Assembly (NCBI GenBank): GCA_050084985.1
Contig: JBITNC010000001.1
Span: 93,000,001 to 93,064,000 of the forward strand
Length of the DNA stretch: 64,000 nt
Source of the DNA: Nageia nagi
Lineage: Eukaryota; Plantae; Pinophyta
Direction of reading: 5' to 3'
Both the position numbers and the translations under genes were made by a program. The notes under the pieces are model-generated. The model did no database searches and was not told the DNA's origin. It worked only from the letters and a program-made list of their open reading frames with translations. Below, piece after piece: positions 1-14,138 of the stretch. The number at the start of each line of letters is the position of its first letter. Within the stretch, counting starts at the first letter, position 1.

Positions 1-1584
1 TTTACCATTTTTTTAAAACAATGGAAATTATTTTTAACTACCAAGAATGATGAGTTATTTTTTCCCTAAAAATAAAAATGGAGATATTTATTAATTTTTT
101 CAATAAGGATAGGTAAAACAATAATTATTTTTTGGGCAACATTGAGTAAAATTTATTACAAGTTCCACTTATTGTGGTCCACCGCTTTGTTCGATTTCCA
201 CTTATTGTGGCCCACCACCTATGTTCCTCATAATCCTTGAGGTGTAGCTCCTTAAAAAAGCTACATCTTAAGCTAAAAGTAAAAATATACTCATATATAT
301 TCCCTATCTTATGTCTAGTGCATGTGAAATTCTTTTATTTTCTACATGACTATTCATTCAAATAAATCCAAAGTGCTCTTTTTTATAAGGACCTCTTCTT
401 TTTGAAATACAAGGTTGATACATTATTTTAATCATGTATTTATTTTTAAAAGAAAAGGAATTTTTTTGTAGTTTCCAAACGTCTATGGTTATCGTTATGG
501 ATAAAATAAAGGCATAAGTAGTATTTAAAGGATGTTATGAGATATTCTTCATGTAATAATTTGTTTATAGGTATATAGTATTATTTTACCTTAATACTTT
601 AAATAAATTGTATTGATTACTTTAAGCCTTAACTTATGCATCTCAATATCTCACTTTGGCAATGTGATAATGGTTTTATACTTGATTATGTTGTCAAGAG
701 TGAAACTTAATATGTGCCACATTATTTACTTCCATCTTAGGAAGTTTATATCCTTGTTTAAGGATTAATATCACATTGTTTTCTTTGTATCCATGTTCAT
801 AGATTAATGCTACTTTGTTACTATGACCACATGCTTGTTGATAGATATTCTTTATCAGGCAACAATATTACCTTCTATACAATAGTATTGTTGATAATGG
901 ATATTTATTTTATCCTTGTAAATATTTTTATCAATGGATGGCTAATTCATTTTTAAATGAATTCATCAACTTGTGGTTTGTAAACCTTGACTAATGTATA
1001 ATCAACTTGGTATTATGTGGTATAAAGTTTGACTAGTGGTATAATAACCTTTTTTTGTGTCTTGTGGTATGTGATTTGTAAAACTTAATGGTGTTATTGG
1101 TTTATATATTGATATATATTAATATATAATGAAAGTATTCTCTATTTTGATAGGAGAATAAAAAGACTTCATAACCATGTCTATGTGGCAAATGATTAGA
1201 TATTTTTTATGCCTTTGATAGATTTGCAATTAATTTACATAGACTTATGTGGTGACCTTACCACTTGCATTAATGATAATTAGACATATTTTGTGTCATT
1301 GATTTATTTTTCAAATAAATCTATGATGATATTACCACCCACATTAATGATGCTTAGACGTGTGTGGTGTGATGACTCATCATATTCTAAGAAAATAGGT
1401 TGATAAAGATTATGGTGAAGATTTTATTTTTGTAACAAATCTACAGTGACCTTACCACAAAATTGATTGAGTTTACTATTCCATGCCTACTTGCCTCATT
1501 TGAATGTGAAGGCATGAATTAGACATTGTAGGCATGTATCTAGCACATATTGGTTATAAAGAGGATTATGTTCTACCTAATACT

Positions 1585-1760
1585 CTGCTCAATGTTCCAA
1601 CCAATTCTTTGCTTAATGTTCCACCCAATGCTTCACTCAATGTTCCACCTAATGCTCTACCTAATCCTTTGGTCAATGTTCCACCCAATGCTCTGCTCAA
1701 TGTTCCACCTAATGCTCTACCTAATCCTCTTATCCATGCTCCTTCTAATCCTTCAATCCA
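1585..1760 (+). repeat. 24/36-bp tandem repeat with 60-bp higher-order period (translates as LNVPPNA repeats)
   Basis: Lines 1621 and 1681 are near-identical (ccacccaatg...tgttccacctaatgctctacctaatcc); accounts for ORF 1534..1842. Confidence 0.85.
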
Positions 1761-2551
1761 TGGTCAACTTAATACTCTATTGTATCTTCGGAATAATGCT
1801 CCAATTCATGTTACTCCAACTAATGATAGGGAAGGATCATAATCTAGAGTTATGGCTAATCCCTATTCATTGAGTATGAAATCCAATCTTTACATGAGTA
1901 ATTATATGTTTGCCAACCAAAAATAGGATATGTTTAAAAGGAAGAGAGCAGTGTATGAAATGGCCTTTGATTTGGTAATGGAAGAGCTAAATAACCTATA
2001 AATTGAGAATAACATGTTGTTGAGCATTATTCTATGCTTTATGAGGAATTAAAAATTTTCAAGTTAAATGCTATGCCTCCTAAAAATCCTTAAGTTGTTC
2101 ATAAAATAGTGTATTAAGCATTATCTCTACTAGTTGCTATCAATTATGAGTAAAAGAATATTTTAAGAAAAATATATTTGGTTGCTTTGTACTATATAAA
2201 TAAAGGTATTTATAACAAAATCATGCTTACTCAGTGTTGTTTGTTAAATATTGAATCCTTTTTTATAATGTAGTGTGCAAGGAAGTATATCATGATTATA
2301 ATAGATTTTTATAATACTTTGTTATCAATTCTCTATACTATTGTGATCAACATTTGAAGCCTTAATCTTATTCATGAAGTCAATCTTGTGAGAAACTTGT
2401 GTAATTATAAAATGATGGATTATTTTTCATGCTTCTCCTTTGAAGAGTTTTCTCCATGTTTATGGATGTTTGCAAAGATAATGTCAATCTATTTCCATCT
2501 ATGGAAAAATTTATTCCTCTTTACATTCTTTGCTAAAGAGTTCTCGTATAT

Positions 2552-2808
2552 GTAGTGGTTAAAAAGGTTCAACCTTCTCCATGATTACCAAGTATTAGAG
2601 TGGTTAAAAAGATTTTAGCTTCTCCATAATTACCAAGTCTTGGAGTGGTTAAAAAGGTTTGACCTTCTACATTATTACCAAGTATTAGAGTGGTTAAAAA
2701 TGTTCTAGCTTCTTTGTAATTGCCAAATATTAGAGTGGTTAAAAAAGTTCAACCTTCTCCTTAATTGTTAAATGTTGGAGTGGTTAAAAAGGTTCACCCT
2801 TCTTCCAC
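2552..2808 (+). repeat. 45-bp tandem repeat, ~5.7 copies
   Basis: (g/t)agtggttaaaaa recurs at ~2553, 2598, 2643, 2688, 2733, 2778. Confidence 0.9.
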
Positions 2809-4229
2809 ATTGCAATCTTTTTCCTTTGATGGAAAATTGAATCCATGTTATTGAATGAATGTTACCTTATTCCATCATATCCATCATGACTAGTAGCATG
2901 GTTAGGATGGTATTTTTTGTGATTAATGGCTTGGGCATTTTGACTAGGTGGCATAGTCAAGTTAACATTTTCTTTATCCAGGTTATAGTATTATTGTTGG
3001 AGACCTTAAACCTCCAATTCAACATGTTTATAAATGGATAAAAATATATGCATATTAATATGGCATTTGGTGCTTGCAAACTATATATCTTGATTATTGG
3101 AATGATCCAGATGACACTTATTGTTATACATTGTGACTAGTGGATTGGTCAAGTTGGCAATTATGTTATGACCTTATTTGATTATTGCATTAATGACTAT
3201 AATTATTTCCTTAATTTATTAATGGTCATAAAAATATACTTAATAACTACCTTCATATTTTTTATAAAAAATATTGGCTTCTTATGTAAAAGTGTGTAGT
3301 AAACACTTGTTTCTACGAATTTAATGGAATAATTTTCAACAATTGACATTATTTTTTATACAAATTATTTAGAAACTTGGAGCAACTCAAAAATGAAATA
3401 AGAGTGATGAATTCATGAAGATGATCTAATCAAGATGATGAAAAATAAAAAGTTCATAATATTATGAGGGATTAGATCATGTTGTATGATATTAAAAATA
3501 TGTAAATTTTCTTTTTTATTAAGTCTCTTGTATTAGGTACACAAGAGCTAGCTATATAACTATTCCTAAAGCTTTTAGAACATTTTTTCACTACCCGCTT
3601 CACCCATTTTATGTGGTTGCTTTGCTCATTACTAAATTAATCAAATCATGACAACTAACGTCTACCAAAAATGGAATATTCCCTCAATTGGTATTCACCA
3701 ACAAATGTTGTTTAGATTCCTCTAACCTACATTTTTTATTGGTCCTAACCAATAAATTACACTAAGACTTACAATCTACTTTATTTACAACTTACCACCT
3801 TTACTTACTATTACCACATGTTGGTTACCCTTCCAACATATGTTATTGTTTCATGGATGCTTAATTACATTAAGAAAAGCATTTTTTATAATCTTATTGT
3901 TTACTTCCTTCTTCTAATGAAGTTTCCCTCAAGGGGTAGAACTATTACTATATGATATTAACTTCATATGACAACATATATGAACCTATATAATCTTCAT
4001 ATGAAAGCATCTATGAACCTATATAATTACATAGGATGGAAAATTTGACCTTATGGCCTATATTATATGATATTATTTCTTTATATGAATCTATATAATA
4101 TCTTACGATGGTAAAGTTGAATTTAAGGGGAGTGAAGTATGAATAAATACTTCATCTTTAAATATTTAAAAGATATTTTATATTATTGATGATATGGATA
4201 ATTTTTAGATGAATATATACTTGTTTAGC

Positions 4230-5075
4230 ATTTTTGTGACTTATAGTGCATCTAACTAATCTTGTTATGAGTTGCTTGTAACTTGCAAGTTTCTTCTAGA
4301 GATTGCAGGTTACTTATGTTGGGTGTGCAAGATCGTGGAGGCTCATCATATCATCATGTTGTTGAATGAATACTACTTTATATTAACACCATTTATGGTT
4401 GATGAATTTGTATTATAAACCATTTGTTTTAATGGTCAAGTGGTTGATCCTTGTAGAACCATCTCAATTCTATGTTCTCAAGTTCTCATCTCCAACTATA
4501 TTTTATATGAAGGAGAACTCTCTTAAATTCATTTATTCTTAATTTCCCAATATTACATTAAGGGGGAGTGTTATAACATATAATTTATTATTCTATAAGT
4601 TATCTTTAGGTGGTATCTAAGTATTAATAATCATTTTATGTAATTCCCTATTTTATCACTAAATACCTAAAAGTGATAAAGTATGAAAGACTTTAACTTC
4701 ATCCAAGCATGGCACTTGTCCATGCTAATCCCATGTAAACCTTGAGTTAAATGGTGAGTTAAGTTGAGATTCTCACACATAAAAAGAAACCATGGTCTTG
4801 TTGTAAAACACACTTATAGAAATCACTCTCATGCTAGTAGTATGAGGAGATCTTAATCTTATAGGAAGCTTAAAATGCTTCTAGTTGTAGAGAGAGTTAG
4901 AGATCTTGAGATAATAGAAATTAGAGATGGTTCAAATGGATCTACTCCCTTAGTTGGAGGAACCACTATACATATTTGTGTTCTCTTGTGTTAATGATCT
5001 ATGTATTCTTAATATTAGTGGAAGATTCCATTCAAAGTGATCTTGGGTGGAGATAAAGAATTACTACATTTCCTT
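4230..5075 (+). mobile_element. 3' end of a Copia-like LTR element: 3' internal region, PPT (4560-4568) and 3' LTR (4569-~5075)
   Basis: attaagggggag followed by TG; homologous to the reverse complement of 20200-21760 (shared gttctcatctccaa, ggagaactctctt, gaggaaccact). Bases 1-4230 are probably its degenerate internal region. Confidence 0.65.
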
Positions 5076-6465
5076 CAATCCATTGAAAGCTATTAATGTG
5101 GCCCAAATTTTCATTGATAATATTTTCAAGCTTCATGGTATGCCATCTACCATAGTTAGTAATCGAGAACCAACCTTCACCAGTAACTTTTGGAAGGAAT
5201 TATTCAAACTTCAAGAAGCCTAACTCAATATGAATTCTACATATCACCCTTATACCAATGGTTAGATTAAAATCATTAATAAGTATCTAGAGACTTATTT
5301 ATGTTGTTTCACCTCTGCACAACCTATTCATTGGGTTAAGTAGATACACTTGGTGAAATGGTGGTTTAACACTTCATATCACACTACTATCAAAATGACC
5401 CTCTATGGAGCATTGTATGGACATGCACCATGCAATGTATCCTCTTATGTTCTAGGAACCATTAATGTTGAGACAATTGATACAAAATTAACCACTTAGA
5501 CAAATATCCTTCATCTTCTTCAAGAAAATTTGTAGACAACTCAACATTGCATGAAACAACAACATGATCAATAATGAGTCAAGAGGGAATTCTAAGAAGG
5601 GGATATGGTCTTTCTGTAACTTCAACCATGTCATCAAAAATCTCTTAAGAATAAAGGATCTCAAAAAGTTGAAATCAAAATTTTATGAGCCTTACAAAAT
5701 TATCCAATGCATTGTATCTATGATATATAAGTTGGAGTTACCCACCTCTAAAGTTCACCTAGTCTTTCATGTCTCGTGTATTAAGAAGGTGTTGGGATCA
5801 CAAGTCCAAACTCAAATATACTTACCAAAATTCATAGATGAGGGTGTCATCAAGTTGGAATCTGAAGCAATTTTAGAATGGCATACCCATCAACTTCATA
5901 ATCATATTATTACTTAAGTCCTTATCTACTGGCATGGCTTAGCACCAAAAGATACAACTTGGGAGACAACACGTCAACTTTAGTAGGAGTTTCCAAATTT
6001 TTATCTTAGAGGAAAAATCTCTTTTCCAAGAGGGATGGTACGTTAGGATCCCACATCCTAACCTTTAATTAGGTTTAATTATGATTAGTATTTATTTTAA
6101 TTAGCAATTTGTGTCAACTAGTGATGTGAACCATCATATTTTTGTAAGGTAAATCACCATTTTGAATTAAACCACCAATTAGGATTAGCGTAGGAAGTTT
6201 ATAAATATTTGGGAGAGGGGTAAAGAGAATCATCTTGTAAAAGTAATTATCTTTTGAGTTGTAAGGAGGAAGTACCCTTAAAGAGGCCTATGATTCATAT
6301 TGCTATTAGTAAAGTTATTTCATTATGTTATATTGTTCTTAATCTAAGTGTGTTATTCTTTTAGTTATATTGTATTGCATTTTGAATATGTTGGCTATTA
6401 TATATTTCTAGTATTTCATTGCTATTTGGGATAAAACCCTTTTTATTTTTGTTAGGTTCTTAACA
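5075..6465 (+). mobile_element. Ty3/Gypsy chromovirus 3' fragment: integrase, chromodomain, PPT and 3' LTR (~6041-6465), decayed
   Basis: Translation gives FKLHGMPSTIVSNREPTFTSNFWKELF, YHPYTNG, YEPYKI, VHLVFHVSCIKK and chromodomain LIYWHGLAPKDTTWE; LTR termini (t>c)gttagga...tcttaaca. Confidence 0.85.
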
Positions 6466-6499
6466 AAATCATGAGACTTAAATCTTATCATTTTACCAT

Positions 6500-7750
6500 C
6501 ACTATTGAATGCTCTTCTTAGAGATGATCCATATTTAGTTTGTGTTCTAATGGTTCAAACAACATGATGTAACTTCTCCACTTCGTATTTTTTCATAATC
6601 CATGTGGGATCAAGTACATATGGTGTTCCATATTTATTCTGGCCTATCCATTAGTGAGGCTTTTTTTTATTTTTTTAAGTCATTTCTCATTGCTTCACGA
6701 TCTTATTCTTTGGTTGTTGTAATCTGATACAAAGAAGATGCAATATTCTTTACAATATGCATAGGATCCATCAAATGTATCACTAAAAAGTCCTTTCAGT
6801 ATGGAAGTATATAAAATATTGATAGCATTTTCATGTCTCCAAGCATCTTTAAAATAAATCATAATATAATTAGTAAAATAATGAAATTGAAATATTACAT
6901 ATATGCATATTTTTGCCAATAATATTCTCATCATCTGGCCCTACAACAGTACCTTCCTCATGGGTTCTTTATCTAACTTCTTCCTTTTTTTGTTGGTACT
7001 TTATCCACCAATCCATAAGAGTTGCATAATGAGGAATGGAGGTGTTATCTTTTTTACAATAATTTTTATTTATTCAAATTTTATTTTTGATTTAAAAATA
7101 TTTTCTATGACCAAAGTATTCCATCTTCTTCAAATGAGTCAAATGTCTCACTATGAGATTTTTTGCCTACCATAGACAAGTATAATAACCTTTTATTTGA
7201 AGACCTATAATAACTTTTATTAGAGAATGCATATTTAGTCATATGGTAAAAGAAAAAAAAATAATATTTTCAATATTAAATTAATATACACTAGTGATAA
7301 ATATTGTATATATGCATACCTAAATAAATAGTAATCCTTGGATAGTCATGTATAGTCTAACATAGTATGCCATATAATTTGAATGACCTTTGATGGATAC
7401 GTCTAGATATATCAATCATCTAAATTCCTTCCCATAAGAGCATCAATTCGTTAATTACTAGTTCAAGGTAGACATCCATGTTTCTCACTTGATACTTTCC
7501 AAGGACTATAAGAGTTAACATCAAATGCTCTTTTCTTGTATACATCCATGGAGGTATGTTATAATTGATTTTAACAATAGGCCAACATGAATAAGTGATG
7601 ATTATTTTCTAAATGGATTGACACCATCCATTCCCAATTTGACACTCCTATGATCAACTTGAAATTTATTAGGGTACTTTTCCTCTATATATTTCATTGC
7701 TTTACTATTTGCAAGAATGCGAACTACATCTTCACTTATGTTTATTCCAT
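6500..7750 (-). mobile_element. CACTA/EnSpm Tnp2 (Transposase_21) pseudogene
   Basis: Minus-strand translation: LGMDGVNPF, CWPIVKINYNIPPWM, MDVYLELVINELMLLWEG, and SIFYILPY*KDFLVIHLMDPMHIVKN; these are canonical Tnp2 motifs with stops and frameshifts. Confidence 0.85.
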
Positions 7751-7934
7751 GTTAATGGTTTAGGGTTTTTGGTATTAATAAATAAATTAATTAAATAAAT
7801 AATAATAATATATTTAATATTAATAAAATAAGATAATAAAATAAAATAAATATAAGAAATATTTTTTTATTCCAAGAGTCCTTGGAAGCAAAGGTGAATG
7901 AAATAATGGTAATTTTTAAGTTTTAATTGAAGAA

Positions 7935-8305
7935 GGTAAACCCTAAATCCTAAACCTTAAATCATATCCCTAAAACCCCAAAACCTTGACCATAAGGTTG
8001 GTTCCCAAGTGCTTCATTGGATCAAAGAGTTTAAGTGCATCCTTGTTATAGCCATGAATTGCATAAAATCTAATCATTGTAATCTATGAAACCCTAACCT
8101 TAACCCACACCCTAAACCTACTTCCTTCACCCTTGACCCACACCCTAACCCCTTAATGCCTAACCTAACCTTGTAATACCCTAACCCTAACCCCTTAATA
8201 CCCTAACCCATACATATACTCTAATCTTAACCCCCTAATACCCTAACCCCTTAACTCTAACCCACACCCACAACCTACCCCTTAACCTTAACCCACACCC
8301 TAACC
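7935..8305 (+). repeat. Degenerate telomere-like (CCCTAA/CCCTAAA) tract adjoining the CACTA Tnp2 region
   Basis: Repeated ccctaacc, ccctaaa and acccacaccctaa units, densest at 8090-8305. Confidence 0.75.
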
Positions 8306-9399
8306 TATTAAATGATAAGTTTTCAAATGCAATGTCATAGATTTCATATTTATCCATAGCATCAAGATTTAGATATTCTTCTTTAATCTATTTCAATAAT
8401 ATAATCATCATCATCATTATTGTTATCATTGTCACTTTCTTGATTATCTGTGGTCAGCATAACATTTACTTCAAGTATTTCTTTTTCTTGATGTACTAAG
8501 GAATTTCTTGTTCTTGATGAAATCTAAATGTATTGCATAACATATTCCATAATCCATAAAAAACCTCTTGGACCTATAATAAAATGCAATATTTAGAAAT
8601 TGTAAGAAAATGGAAGAAATATGATAATTTATGCAACTTTTGACCATGCAAAATTGAAAATAACGAGTTGCATGTATATCTATAATGTAGGAAAAATTTT
8701 ATGATGCTAGAACTTCCTAAATTAAAGAAAATAATTGTTGAATTATAAATTTTTATTAAAAATATTTTATTTATAAATTGAAAACATATAGAAATATTAA
8801 TGAAATGCATGCAAAAATCCCAAATTACTCTCAAAAAGTTATTTACTATGATGAACTATGGTTTTCAAAAGTTTTTATCATGAAACAAGTCACCAAATAG
8901 TTATAAAATATTTTCTAGATTTAGGGCTTATTATGATGATGTTTTCTCCAAAATTTTCACAATATTGATCAAAATATGCAATTTGGGGACTTGAAAAATT
9001 ATAAATGTTTTCCAAATATATTTATCTATAGTTTGGACAAATTCAAATGCAAGATCTCACAAAATTGAATAAAATGGCCTTCAAAATCTAGGTCTTTCTT
9101 AAAAATATTTTTCTTTAAAATAAAAAGTCCTTGATTTTCCAATAATTTCAAAGCAATATGAGTTTCAAATTTTATAGAGAAATGAATTCAACCAAAATAA
9201 AACAAAACCAAAGATTTCCAATGCAAGACTCCACATAAAAAATGATGCCCTGAAGTAAAAATTATAGGGTTTGTAAGATACATAAGGGTTCACCAAAATA
9301 TAGATTCTAAATAATGATTTGTAATAAATAAAAACTACAACATAGATGCAAGTCACTTATGAAATCTATTTAACTTAATACTAAGAAAGCATGAACTTG

Positions 9400-9784
<385 letters not shown>

Positions 9785-10309
9785 AATCCTCAAGATATGC
9801 CTCTTTGTATGGAAGATTGGATCAGATTTGAGATGAAGCAATAAGAATATTCAATGACCTATATATTTGCTTGATTTCCTTTAGATCTGCAACTATGGAT
9901 CTCAAAGAACAATATGCATGTTGTGACCTTGATCCTCCAACACTACACACATTCATTTAGCAGTATTAAGAATATTGAAGATGATAACATGTAACATAAG
10001 CTTAGAGCATAACAAATTATAATACAGGTGGTGTTAAGATACATCATTAGTGTAGTATGATATATGGACAATCACCTATTAAAGAATCTAATAGGTAATG
10101 TCAACCCAAACTCCTCCATTTATACTTTACAATTATCACCATTGGTAGTAGATACCATCTGCATGTGAAACGTCACATTATAAGTTCAAATTTTGTATAA
10201 TATGTAAATCAAACATGGTGAATCTCTTAATTATAATTTGTACCTATTAAATGAATTCAGTTCATTAAATAGTCAAAGGATTAGGAAGTTGTACCATTGC
10301 AACAAAGAT

Positions 10310-10640
10310 AATTTGAGGTATCAATAAAGAAACTTGGTATACATGAAAACTTTTTTTTGATTAATTGAAAAAGGAACTTGATCGATACAATAACTATTCT
10401 TGGACTATTCAACAAATAAACTTGGACCAACGATAAACATTCTTTAAGTATCAACATAGAAACTTGAAAGATGTAAAAAATATTCTTTGGTGTATCTATA
10501 AGGAAAATTCGACTACATGATAAAGATTCTTTGAGGTATCGATAAAGAAATTTGAATGATACGATAAAGATTCTTTCAATAATCAATAGAGAAATTTGGA
10601 CAACTTAAATCCTTTGATTGATCGACAAAAAAACTTAGGT
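10310..10640 (+). repeat. Degenerate ~43-bp tandem repeat, ~8 copies
   Basis: Recurring tctttgaggtatcgataaagaaacttgg-like unit. Confidence 0.7.
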
Positions 10641-10839
10641 GGCTTCTCAAAATAATTGATATATTCTAATTATTCTCTATTGAATGATATATTTTGATTC
10701 TCCAAAATAATATGCACAAGGAATATCAATCGATACTCTAGATGTGAGAAAACTTAGATTGCATTATTTATATATGTTTGAGGATAAGAGGCTATAATGT
10801 CAAGCCCTATATATATGATATTGTCTTGTTAACTAGAAA

Positions 10840-11940
10840 TTTTGATGATCTTATAAAATAATAATATTTCTGGTCTAACAATTAATGTAGAAAAAAAATT
10901 ATGATCATTAAATTTTAAAAAATTGATCACCCCTCAATTCCCTTTAACAATCAACACTTAGAGATTGTTCAATCTTATAAATACTTGGGTACTGACATAA
11001 ATCATAATCTAAATTGGACTTTAAGTGTTGAAAAAAGAATTTTTGCTAGGTGGAAAGCATTTTTATGGATTGAAAATAAATGTAAAAACACAAATCTTTG
11101 GAATTGGTATAAAAAGAAATTCCTTTTCTCTTACCTTGTAACTCCTGTAATACTCTATGGTTGTGAAATCTGGGGTGGAAGCATATCTAAACATACATGA
11201 AAAAGATTGAACAAATCCAAAAGTAATTTATTGTTAATAACTTCAAATTTAAAATAACATACCCTACCTTATACTCCTCATGGAAGTTAGATTATTCTCC
11301 ATTGAAAGCGAGGGTTTAAAATGTTACATATTATATAATTATAAACTAACAAAGTTAGATCCCTATAGATTGCATGTAGTCGCCCAACAAACTTGCCTAA
11401 CTCATCAATGTCTTAAAAGAGGTTGGCTAAAAGACTTTGATAAGTGGCTTGATTTCTAAGACCTACACGAGAACATAACCCCTTCTGATAGCGATAAGTT
11501 AGAAGTACAAATTGTAAAGAAAATAAATCAAAAAAATTAGGATGATGACAACATCAAAGATAAAAGAAAACTAATTTACTATAGAAATATCATTAATCCA
11601 AAACTTGAACCTCCATCCTACTCACATAAGGTTACTAGTATCAAAAAGAAAATTGCAATTGCAAAATTAAGAACTAATTTCTATTATTTACATCATGAAA
11701 CTAATAGATGGAGAACACCTAAAACACCTAGGGATAAATGATTTTGTATGTATTGCATCTAGATACAATAGAGGATGAGACTCACTTTCTCTCTTTTTTT
11801 TTTACCCATTGTACAAAGACATTAGACAAACCTACAAAGATATTTGTAACTTCAAATCAATCCACAAATTTTTAAACCAAGATAACTAAAATAAGCCTTG
11901 GAGACTTTATTTTACATATTAATTATGTGAGAAACAATCA
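10840..11940 (+). mobile_element. 5'-truncated non-LTR retrotransposon (LINE) ORF2 C-terminus, RTEX/RTE-like, decayed
   Basis: GLTINVEK, YKYLG, PVILYGCEIWG, KLRTN..LHHET.RW and C-terminal CMYC..IEDETHFL..PLYKDIR motif. Confidence 0.8.
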
Positions 11941-12454
11941 TTCAAATACTTAATTAATATATTCAATTACTTAAAATACCTAATTGATATGTTTTCACTT
12001 TTGGACTAGGCTAATAAGTCCTACAAACCCTTAGTTTTAAATGGATGCTAAAAGCTTATATATATATATTGAAATAATGGACTGACTATACCACCCAAAA
12101 AATAAAAATAAAAATAAATTGAATCAAGGCAATGAGGTCAAAGTTAAGTCCTGCTTTAATAGCCAAATCTAGAATTTAAAGAACCTAAGTACAGGAAATA
12201 AATTTTATTTTGACACTTCGTAATACCTAAAATTTGAATATAAATATGAAATTTGATATTAATGTTTGCAAATAAACAAAAATTGTCAATGAGATTGTAG
12301 AAAAATACATATAATAAGGGCAAAGGAATGTATAATATATAGCTTTGATCGTAATATGGTTTAATTGAGAACTAATAGTAATATACTTTGAACTTAAACC
12401 AATTTCAAAATGAGGAGCCCCTTCTTTTGGTATGTTTAGAGCTACAACTTTGGT

Positions 12455-13003
12455 TGATTTGGTCCTCAAAAAGCTCCTTGATGGTTCTACGATAGTTTGA
12501 GATTAAGTAATTCTCATCTTGCAAATATCACAAAGGAACATATACGCATCATATACTTCGAAAAAAGATAAAAATATAAATGTATACTCATCATATAAAT
12601 GTATGATGTTTACAACTATTGAAATTGGAAAAGATAAAAATATATGAACATCAAATTGCATTATTGTTTTCCATGTTTGTACAATTATCTTTTTAAATAG
12701 AAAAGCAAAAGTAAAATCAACATCTAAGCAACATTGCTTGATTTAGTCCTCAAAAAGCTCCTTGGTTCTATGATAATTTGAGATTAAGTCATTCTAATCT
12801 TGCAAATATCACAAAGGGATGCATAGTTATCATATACTTCGAAAAAGATAAAAATATAAATGTATACTCATCATATAAATGTATGATGTTTACAACTATT
12901 TCAATTGGAAAAAGATAAAAATATTTTAATGTTCAATTGCATTATTATTTTCCGTGTCACTTATCTTATTAAATAAAAAAGTAAAAGTAAAATCAACATC
13001 TAA
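12455..13003 (+). repeat. ~284-bp tandem duplication (2 copies)
   Basis: gtcctcaaaaagctccttg at 12462 and 12746; colinear through aaaatcaacatctaa. Confidence 0.92.
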
Positions 13004-13935
13004 CATCATTTAAATCTATTCGTTTACAGGTTCTACCATGAGTTTTTAAATATCACCAATGTAAGAGTTGCGTGTTGAAATTAAGACCTTCACACCTCAT
13101 TTGTCTCCCATATCCCTAACAAGAAATGATATGCAAATATATTATTCTTTAAAAACATGCATTCCCAAGTTTTAATCATTCTCAACTTTGATAGGCAAAA
13201 GAGTCTAGATAAATGGCAATGTGCAAACATGTAAAGATTTTTGTACAAATTCTTTTTTTACATACTAAGTTAAATATAACATAAGTATTTTAATTTCCTT
13301 TTAAATCAAATTGTTTCTAAGACCTATCAAAATTTGTCAAAAGAGAAATATAAAGCAATTATGCTTTAAATGATTATTTCTTATATATTTAAGATGTATA
13401 ATAAAATCACTACGCACATTTTGATTATCTTGGTCAATGGATCAAGTTGTAACTACATATATCTTTGTAAATTTATTTAACATCTTTGTAAAGTGAAAAG
13501 CTAAGGAGAAAATGTGTGGTTACAAATTTACTTTACCATGTTCTCATTGTTTCTTTCTTTATAAATGCAATAATGATGTAAATATTCAAATTATTCATGA
13601 AATTGATAAGTTAAGATTTTATTTCATATATTTTATCTTGTTTCAATATATTAAATTCACTGAACATATAATGTTTTTAAACATCATTTAAATCCACAAT
13701 AATAATAAGCCATATCTAAACTTTTACCCAAAGATAAACCTATACCATTTCTGTATTTAAATTAATCTTTTCAACAAAATTTAATTATATGTCACCTATA
13801 AATCTGTAAATCACAAGTTTACAGATTCAGAAATTTAACAATTAAAATAAAAATTTAAAAACATCTTTAAAGATTTGTAAATTCATATGTTTTTATGTTC
13901 TAAAAGTTTAAAATTAAAAACGTAAAAAGATTGGA

Positions 13936-14138
13936 AAATGCTTTTGGTTGTCTTATTCTATAATACTTAGAAATTTAAAACTCTGATATTACCCCTCATA
14001 ACTTAAAAAAAAGGAAAGCTTAACAAGCATAACCATTCAAATGCCTTTGGTTATCTTATACTATAGAAATTTAAAACTCTGATATTCTCCCTCCTAACTT
14101 ATAAAAGGAAAGCTTTAACAAGCATCACCATTCAAATA
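13936..14138 (+). repeat. ~100-bp tandem duplication
   Basis: aaatgc.tttggtt...agaaatttaaaactctgatatt...aacaagcat.accattcaaat occurs twice. Confidence 0.9.

Noticed and set aside
1534-1873. Pro/Asn-rich or hydrophobic small proteins
   Set aside because: ORFs arise from a stop-free tandem repeat in transposon-like sequence
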